64,000 nt of DNA. Origin: Candidatus Izemoplasmatales bacterium (GTDB lineage: Bacteria; Bacillota_I; Bacilli_A; Izemoplasmatales; Hujiaoplasmataceae). Under the pieces are notes generated by a model, which was given only the letters and a program-made list of their open reading frames with translations, was not told the origin of the DNA and searched no databases. Shown here piece after piece: positions 57,411-64,000 of the stretch; positions within the stretch are counted from its first letter, which is position 1, and each line of letters begins with the position of its first letter. Location: NCBI GenBank assembly GCA_050177605.1, contig JBFXGX010000001.1, positions 79,059 to 143,058 on the forward strand. Reading direction: 5' to 3'. The translations under genes were made by a program, and so were the position numbers.

Positions 57411-59780
57411 TTATTGTCTTAAAGAAGCACTAAACTTCTTTTCAAGTGTTTTTAGAACCTTATCTACAGCTTGATCAACTTCTTCTGTCGATAGAGTTTT
57501 TTCACTATCTTGGAAGATAAGATTATAAGCTACGGACTTATACCCCGCCTCGACATTTCCACCTTTAAACAAATCAAAGAGTGTCACTTGAATCAATTTT
57601 TGAGGGTTTGTTTTCTTTATTTCTTTTGTGAGTTCATCCGCGCTGACTTCATCACTAACTACAAAGGCGATATCTCGACTTACACTAGGATATTTAGGAA
57701 CTGATTTCATTACGACTGATGATTTGCCATATTTCATTAATGACGCAAAATCCAGTTCAAAAACATAAATATTTTTTAGGTCATAGTTCGATTCCATCGC
57801 TGGATGAAGTTTCCCAATAAATCCAATAACGTCATTTCCGACGCATACTTCAGCGCTTTGACCAGGATGTAAAAACGAAGGTGTTTCCTTGAAAGGGAGA
57901 ATGCGATAACTGGATAGATTAAATAATTGTAATACCCCTTCAACCAAACCTTTTAAAGTAAAGAAATCAACCGTTTCTTTTTTCCCTTGCCATAGTGAAG
58001 TTTGATAATGACCAGTGAGTACACCAGATAAAACTTCTCTTTCAAAATCATAACTATAGACTCTACCAAGTTCGAATAGTTTGACTTCATCAACTTTTCT
58101 TGACTGATTGTAATATACAACATCCAGCATGGATGGTAGTAATGAATGTCTTAAACTACTTTTTTCTTCAGACATAGGATTTTGAAGATGAATGGTCGAA
58201 AGATCTTTTTGATCAAACAATACTGCTTTCTCTTTCGAAACGAGCGTATACGTCACCGTTTCATCTAATCCAACACTTGATAAATAGTTTCGAACCTTTC
58301 TTCTCATTTTTTGAAGTGTGGTTAATCCACCTTCTGTTGGCGTTTTTGGATACGTTGTAGGGATAAAATCATATCCATGAATACGAACGATTTCTTCAAT
58401 TAAATCTTGTGCAGTTTTAATATCTTGACGACGAGAAGGAATCTCTACTTCAAAGTTGTTACCCTCTTTTTTATAATCAAAAGAAAGAGAATCAAAGATT
58501 TTTTTAATGTCATCTACGGTGTAAGGTGCACCTGTAGTATGAATGATTTTTTCTAAACTAATGGATACAGTCACTTTATCATAATTATGCATATCAAAAT
58601 AAGATACACCTTTTAATGTCTTTCCACCCGCTAAAACTTCTAATAATGAAGCAGCGCGATCACAAGCAAGAATACTTCTTGCAGGATCAAGACCTCTTTC
58701 AAAACGCATCGAAGCTTCACTTCGCAAATCTAATCTTCTAGAAGTAAGTCGAATACGTCGTGAATCAAATGTCGCCGATTCAATCAAGATAGATGTTGTC
58801 GTAGGTTCAACCTCTGTACTATATCCTCCCATAACGCCTGCCAAAGCAATCGCTTTTTCACCATCTGTAATGACTAAATCATCTTTAACAAGATTTCTAA
58901 TCTTCCCATCAAGTGTTTGGATTGTTTCGTTCTCAATGGCATCACGAACAACAATACGATTGGTACAGATGCGATCATAATCAAAGAAATGTAGTGGTTG
59001 TCCATACTCTAACATCACATAGTTTGAAATATCCACAACATTGTTGATTGGTCTAATACCTGAAGCTATTAATCTAGCTTTTAGCCATGTTGGACTTTCG
59101 GTAATTTTTACATCTTTTACAACACGTGCGTAATAAGATTTACATCCCGCAGTTTCAGTAAATACGGACACTGTATTTTCTTCACTCACTTCATTAACTT
59201 TCACTTTAGGTAAATGTACCTCAGTATTTAAAATTGCTTTGGTATCATAGGCAACACCAATCATACTTAATAAATCACTACGATTCGGTGTAAGTTCTAA
59301 ATCCATTACATAATCTTCGAGTGACAGATATTCAAGTGGATTTCCTCCAGGCACTGCTTCATCACTTAACACATGGATACCATCTTCGTTATGATATTTC
59401 TTCTCTATACCTAATTCTTCTAAAGAACAAATCATTCCATTTGACTCTACACCACGAATTTTGGCTTTTTTAATTTTGAAATTACCTGGTAACAAGGCAC
59501 CATCAAGTGCCACGATTACTTTTTGATTCACTTCTACATTCGGCGCACCACAAATAATTTGTAATACATTGGCGCCTGTATTGACTTCACAAACATGTAA
59601 ATGATCACTGTCAGGATGATCGGTACATGTTAAAACGTGTCCAATCACTAAATTAGACGCATCAACTAATTTTTCTAAAGAAGCGACTTCTGCACTTTTT
59701 AAACTAAACGCTTTTTCTAGTTCTTGTGGTTGCACATTCACAGTCGCATATTCTTTTAACCATTCAATAGAAACTTTCAT
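57411..59780 (-). CDS. pheT: Phenylalanine--tRNA ligase beta subunit
   Basis: ICGAPNV, TPNRSD, RFERG, FELG, C-terminal FDX-ACB; start MKVSIEWL after GGAGG. Confidence 0.96.
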   Translation of the reverse strand: MKVSIEWLKEYATVNVQPQELEKAFSLKSAEVASLEKLVDASNLVIGHVLTCTDHPDSDHLHVCEVNTGANVLQIICGAPNVEVNQKVIVALDGALLPGNFKIKKAKIRGVESNGMICSLEELGIEKKYHNEDGIHVLSDEAVPGGNPLEYLSLEDYVMDLELTPNRSDLLSMIGVAYDTKAILNTEVHLPKVKVNEVSEENTVSVFTETAGCKSYYARVVKDVKITESPTWLKARLIASGIRPINNVVDISNYVMLEYGQPLHFFDYDRICTNRIVVRDAIENETIQTLDGKIRNLVKDDLVITDGEKAIALAGVMGGYSTEVEPTTTSILIESATFDSRRIRLTSRRLDLRSEASMRFERGLDPARSILACDRAASLLEVLAGGKTLKGVSYFDMHNYDKVTVSISLEKIIHTTGAPYTVDDIKKIFDSLSFDYKKEGNNFEVEIPSRRQDIKTAQDLIEEIVRIHGYDFIPTTYPKTPTEGGLTTLQKMRRKVRNYLSSVGLDETVTYTLVSKEKAVLFDQKDLSTIHLQNPMSEEKSSLRHSLLPSMLDVVYYNQSRKVDEVKLFELGRVYSYDFEREVLSGVLTGHYQTSLWQGKKETVDFFTLKGLVEGVLQLFNLSSYRILPFKETPSFLHPGQSAEVCVGNDVIGFIGKLHPAMESNYDLKNIYVFELDFASLMKYGKSSVVMKSVPKYPSVSRDIAFVVSDEVSADELTKEIKKTNPQKLIQVTLFDLFKGGNVEAGYKSVAYNLIFQDSEKTLSTEEVDQAVDKVLKTLEKKFSASLRQ

Positions 59781-59790
59781 ATTGTACCTC

Positions 59791-60825
59791 CTACTTGAAT
59801 TGGTGATTGAATCGTAAATCATTCGTGTAGAAAGCACGAATATCATCAATACCATGTCTTAAAATTGCAATACGTTCAACGCCCATACCAAATGCGAAAC
59901 CTTGATATTGTGTACTATCATATCCGGCCGCTTCTAGCACAGCGTTATTGACCATACCAGCACCAAGAATTTCAATCCAACCTGTGCCTTTGCACATTGA
60001 ACATCCAGCACCATTACACTTGTAACAACTTACATCTACTTCAACACTAGGCTCAGTAAATGGGAAATAAGAAGGACGTAAACGAATTTGACGTTCTTCA
60101 CCAAACATTTTTTTGGCAATTGCTAGGAGTGTACCTTTTAAATCCGCAAGGGTTGTGTCTTTATCCACCACAAGTCCTTCAATTTGCATGAATTGATGAC
60201 TATGTGTAGGATCATCATCATCACGACGATAGACTTTTCCAGGGCAAATAATCTTTAAAGGTCCATGATTTTCATTTTCTAGTAAACTACGTACTTGAAC
60301 CGGTGAAGTATGAGTACGGAGTAATAATTCTTCAGTGATATAAAAAGAATCTTGCATATCTCTTGCAGGATGTGATTTTGGAAGGTTCAACATTTCGAAG
60401 TTATACAAGTCTTGTTCAACTTCTGGACCCTCTTTCACAATATAGCCTAATGACACACAAATATCTTCGATTTCTTCAACAACTTGGGTTAAGATATGTT
60501 TACTGCCAGGATTCATTTCTTTTCCTGGTAAGGTAACATCGACAGCTTCTTGTTTTAAGAGAAGATTGATTTTTTCTTGTTCAAGTCTTGTTTTAGCAAC
60601 TTCAAAAATATCATTAATTTTTCCTTTTACTTCATTAATCATTTGACCAAATTTCGGTTTTTCCTCATTTGGTAAATCTTTCATTTTCATCATGTATTCA
60701 GATAAAACGCCTTTTTTTCCTAAATACTCTGCTTTACGATCTTGTAATTCTGCAGAAGTTGTGACTTGTTCAAAAAGATGTTTTGCCTGTTCAATGACTT
60801 TTTCTAAATCTTTAACTATTTCCAT
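59791..60825 (-). CDS. pheS: Phenylalanine--tRNA ligase alpha subunit
   Basis: [27 protein letters not shown]. Confidence 0.97.
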   Translation of the reverse strand: MEIVKDLEKVIEQAKHLFEQVTTSAELQDRKAEYLGKKGVLSEYMMKMKDLPNEEKPKFGQMINEVKGKINDIFEVAKTRLEQEKINLLLKQEAVDVTLPGKEMNPGSKHILTQVVEEIEDICVSLGYIVKEGPEVEQDLYNFEMLNLPKSHPARDMQDSFYITEELLLRTHTSPVQVRSLLENENHGPLKIICPGKVYRRDDDDPTHSHQFMQIEGLVVDKDTTLADLKGTLLAIAKKMFGEERQIRLRPSYFPFTEPSVEVDVSCYKCNGAGCSMCKGTGWIEILGAGMVNNAVLEAAGYDSTQYQGFAFGMGVERIAILRHGIDDIRAFYTNDLRFNHQFK

Positions 60826-60845
60826 ACTATTCTCCTTTCGAAAAT

Positions 60846-61060
60846 AAAAAAATCGCCCTCATAGAAAGGGCGATTAACAGTAACCGTGGTACCACCTTTG
60901 TTCTAGAATATTCTAGCACTTGGGAGCCTTTAACGCTGGCAAGCGGAGAGGATTAGTCTCACTCCAAAGATGAATTCCTTAGGCTATTTTATCGATACTT
61001 TCACCAATTATATCGTTCTCTTTCTAAAATAAGTTCTAAGTACTAGTTCTTTATCATCGT
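60846..61060 (-). ncRNA. Complete T-box riboswitch with Phe (UUC) specifier
   Basis: Minus strand: AGTA, AGAGA, GGTGAAA, GAA-TTC-A specifier (60974-60972), stems II and IIA/B, AACAAAGGTGGTACCACG, terminator AATCGCCCT...AGGGCGATT plus T-tract. Confidence 0.93.
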
Positions 61061-61106
61061 ATTTAAAGATATTATAGCATCTTCTATTTTATTTCACAAG
61101 AAAATG

Positions 61107-61805
61107 TTAACGTCTACGTCCTAAAATTGCAAGTAATCTTAATACTTCCAAATAGACCCAAACAATGGTAACCATTAAACCTAGTGAAAGAATCCAACTG
61201 TATTCATTGGATGTTCCTGCTTCAACACAACTATGAATGTTTTCAAAGTCATAAAACAAGAAGAGAACTGACAATATGGCTGAGAAGATTACAATAAAGT
61301 AAAAGAATGGTCCACTAAATGGCAGAACTAATGATAATAATGACATAATGATGACGGAGATCAGCCCAATCACTAAAAATGAAGCGAATCTACTTGTCAC
61401 TTTCACGATGCCAGTACTATATAAAAGCATTGTTACAAACAAGATAACGAGCGTTGTCGTAATCGCTGTAGGGATGATTCCTTCATAAAACGTTGCATAA
61501 GCTGCAGAAACTGCACCAAGAACATATCCCTCTGCAATCGCATATGTAATCGAAAATACTGGACTTAATTTAACGCTTAGCGTACCAACCCAAACGCTTA
61601 TAACTGCAATGATTAGTGCACCGATAAGATATCCTACGTTTAAAACCGAACCTAAATTTGCGTAAGTATATGTCCCAACTGCACCGGCTATTAATATTAA
61701 AATAGATGTACGAATTGCAACACTCGTGTAAGTGACTGCACTGTCAGATGCATAGGCGTTATTACGCACACTTCTAAATACTGGATTTGAACTTCCTATT
61801 CTCAT
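61107..61805 (-). CDS. Bax inhibitor-1/YccA family membrane protein
   Basis: SSNPVF N-terminus, 7 TM, YDFE, W..SLGLMVTIVWVYLEVLRLL. Confidence 0.88.
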   Translation of the reverse strand: MRIGSSNPVFRSVRNNAYASDSAVTYTSVAIRTSILILIAGAVGTYTYANLGSVLNVGYLIGALIIAVISVWVGTLSVKLSPVFSITYAIAEGYVLGAVSAAYATFYEGIIPTAITTTLVILFVTMLLYSTGIVKVTSRFASFLVIGLISVIIMSLLSLVLPFSGPFFYFIVIFSAILSVLFLFYDFENIHSCVEAGTSNEYSWILSLGLMVTIVWVYLEVLRLLAILGRRR

Positions 61806-61884
61806 AATTTAACCTCCTAAATAATATTTATTATACACCAATTATAGTCAAATTGAGTGTCAAAAATGTGATAAGTTTGTAAAA

Positions 61885-64000
61885 TTATAAATCGAATAAC
61901 GATAATTGGTTTTCGTTTATCATTCCTTCAAACGTTCCAAGCCCTTCAAGACGTTCAAAAAGGGTTGTTGATAACTTTGTTCTCGTCTTAATATCTTGTT
62001 TTGAAATAAATGGTTTTTCATCTCGAGCTTCGATAATTGAAGAAGCAACGTTTGTACCCAAAGAATCAATCACAATAAATGGTAACAACAGTCCTTGATG
62101 GTCTTCCGTAATTGTAAAATCAGTTGCTTCTGATTTCATAATGTCAATCGGTTCAAAACGGAATCCACGTTTGACCATTTCAAGTGCTATTTCTAACACT
62201 GTGACTAAATTCTTTTCACGTTCAGATGCATCGTTTCCTTTATCATTGATTTCATCTAGTTTTCTTTTAATTCCAACTTCTCCTTCCATAAAGGCTTCCA
62301 CATCAAAAATGGATGCTCTTTTAGAAAAATAAGCGGAATAGAAATAGATTGGACGATATAATTTAAACCATGCGATTCTCATCGCCATTAATACATAGGC
62401 TGTGGCATGGGCTTTTGGAAACATGTATTTAATCTTGCTACAAGCCCAAATATACCATTCAGGCACATTTGATGACCTCATTAAATCAGCGTATTGAGCC
62501 CATTTATCTGGATTTCCAGGAGCTTTTCCTTTACGGACAAATTCCATAATTTCGAATGATAATGTTGGATTCATTCCATAATCAATTAAATCCACCATAA
62601 TATCATCACGACATCCTATGATATCTTTAAAGTCTACTCGACCAAATTCTCTTCTTCTTCCAGTTACCAAGTCTTGAGCATTTCCACTCCATACATCAGT
62701 ACCATGAGAAAGACCCGATATTTTAACAAGTTCTGAGAATGTTCCCGGACGTGAGTCCCTTAGCATCCCCCTAACAAAGTTCGTTCCAAATTCTGGAATT
62801 CCATAGGAAGCAACATCGGACATAATATCTTCTGGTGATAAACCGATAGCTTCTGTTCCAGAGAGTAATTTATAAACAGCCTTATCGTCTACAGGAATGT
62901 CTTTTGGATCGGAGAATGGAAAATCGAGTGGTTCCTTTTTAACTAAATCCATTAAATATCTGATCATCGTTGGATCATCATGGCCAAGTACATCGAGTTT
63001 GAATAAATTACTTTCGAATGAATGATAGTCATAGTGTGTCGTCTTCCAAGTCGTATCCGTAGAGTCTCCAGGATACTGAATCGGTGTGACATCGTAGATT
63101 TCTTTAATATTTGGCACAACAACGATTCCACCAGGATGTTGACCACTGGTTCTTTTCGAGCCTTCAATTCCTTTGGCGAGCCTTTCCATTTCAGCACGTC
63201 TAATTGGAATCGATGGTTTCCCCTCGTTTCTGAGTGACTCATTCAATTTTTCATAATAATCCCTTACCATACCATAAGCAGTTTTCGCAGCGCAGGTTCC
63301 AATTGTTCCTGCTCGAAAGGCATAATTATGACCGAATAATTTTCGAATATATTCATGGACTTGTCCTTGATAGTCTCCCGAAAAGTTTAGATCAATATCC
63401 GGGACTTTATCCCCTTTAAATCCAAGGAAAGTTTCAAATGGAATATCATGTCCATCTTTTTTTAATGGTGTATTACAGATCGGGCAAACTTCATCTGGTA
63501 AGTCCCATCCACAGTCGGTACGATCTAACAATTTTTGATGTACTTGCTCGAATTCACTGGAAGGATATTGTTGTTTTTCTTCTTCCGTTTTCTTGAATGC
63601 AGAAAAATGACATTTTGGACAAACATAATGTGGAGGCAGTGGATTTACTTCGGTAATATCCATAAATGTCGCCACAAGACTGGATCCTACGGAACCTCTT
63701 GAACCAACTAAATAACCATCATCAAGTGATTTTTTAACGAGAAGATGGGAGATATAATACACAGTTGAGAATTGATGTTTGATAATACTATCTAATTCTT
63801 TATCTAAACGTTTTTTAACAATAAAAGGCAGAGGATTACCATAGAGCTTGCTAGCGCGTTCTCTCACCATATTTTCAACTTTAACTTTAATTGAAGGTAC
63901 ACCTTGTTCTGCTAAAAATTCATCGGTTGGCGCAAAGAGTTCATCTGGAAATAACGGAAAATCATCAATCGAATCGGCAATCAAGTTTGTATTTTTTACA
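61885..64000 (-). CDS. polC: DNA polymerase III PolC, C-terminal part (gene continues past the window edge)
   Basis: GSRGSVGSS, KVPDIDLNFSG, GQHPGG, KIKYMFPKAHA, C-terminal QLSLF clamp motif. Confidence 0.96.
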   Translation of the reverse strand, partial: VKNTNLIADSIDDFPLFPDELFAPTDEFLAEQGVPSIKVKVENMVRERASKLYGNPLPFIVKKRLDKELDSIIKHQFSTVYYISHLLVKKSLDDGYLVGSRGSVGSSLVATFMDITEVNPLPPHYVCPKCHFSAFKKTEEEKQQYPSSEFEQVHQKLLDRTDCGWDLPDEVCPICNTPLKKDGHDIPFETFLGFKGDKVPDIDLNFSGDYQGQVHEYIRKLFGHNYAFRAGTIGTCAAKTAYGMVRDYYEKLNESLRNEGKPSIPIRRAEMERLAKGIEGSKRTSGQHPGGIVVVPNIKEIYDVTPIQYPGDSTDTTWKTTHYDYHSFESNLFKLDVLGHDDPTMIRYLMDLVKKEPLDFPFSDPKDIPVDDKAVYKLLSGTEAIGLSPEDIMSDVASYGIPEFGTNFVRGMLRDSRPGTFSELVKISGLSHGTDVWSGNAQDLVTGRRREFGRVDFKDIIGCRDDIMVDLIDYGMNPTLSFEIMEFVRKGKAPGNPDKWAQYADLMRSSNVPEWYIWACSKIKYMFPKAHATAYVLMAMRIAWFKLYRPIYFYSAYFSKRASIFDVEAFMEGEVGIKRKLDEINDKGNDASEREKNLVTVLEIALEMVKRGFRFEPIDIMKSEATDFTITEDHQGLLLPFIVIDSLGTNVASSIIEARDEKPFISKQDIKTRTKLSTTLFERLEGLGTFEGMINENQLSLFDL

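Noticed and set aside
3949..59855. N-terminal extensions in the ORF track (amidohydrolase 4020, galT 19410, galM 21460, Mrp 37059, regulator 39867, rpmB 46922, pheT 59855)
   Set aside because: Downstream starts have clear RBSs and match family N-termini; the extensions run through promoters or neighbouring genes
574..63419. Short ORF-track entries nested in or antisense to real genes (e.g. 3506-3763, 42402-42731, 51892-52197, 53189-53731, 62964-63242)
   Set aside because: They overlap well-supported genes and lack RBSs or motifs; typical shadow ORFs
1..64000. CRISPR array, IS/transposase, integrase, prophage, restriction or other defence genes
   Set aside because: No regularly spaced repeats and no ORF with such motifs; the only long exact repeat seen is the tRNA-Gly pair
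1..64000. Mycoplasma-type UGA=Trp recoding
   Set aside because: Conserved genes are full length under code 11, and TGA ends galE, nth-coupled dnaD and the B12-binding gene at expected positions

Overview
Core chromosome of a low-GC bacterium using genetic code 11. TGA acts as a stop, e.g. at the end of galE and in ATGA overlaps. Gene content and order are Bacillota-like, but peptidoglycan/division neighbours are missing from conserved clusters: rsmH has no mraZ/ftsL/pbp, and rlmN..rsgA has no prpC/prkC. This suggests a wall-less Acholeplasmatales/Izemoplasmatales-type organism (inference, not a database result). The window holds about 60 CDS: trpS, proS, aspS, pheST, the 3' part of polC, recG, rnc, plsX, fakA, degV, galM-galE-galT, rimO, rlmN, rsmH, rsgA, rpe, thiN, pfk, ppa, a two-subunit Fe-S hydro-lyase and three ABC systems. 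It also holds two T-box riboswitches, three tRNAs (2x Gly-TCC, Ser-CGA) and many intrinsic terminators. I saw no IS, integrase, prophage, CRISPR or defence system. Best candidates for undescribed biology: (1) a stand-alone cobalamin-binding protein translationally coupled to a LolCDE/MacB-type ABC system, behind a perfect 18-bp palindrome; (2) tandem lipid-anchored HtrA proteases (with and without PDZ) carrying Tyr-tetrad stalks; (3) a membrane-anchored EIIB-like protein with Cys replaced by Asp at the phospho-acceptor site, next to HPr; (4) an NprR/PlcR-like HTH-TPR regulator; (5) a terminator-like hairpin directly in front of the tRNA-Ser(CGA). Several starts were moved from the ORF track to match visible RBSs.
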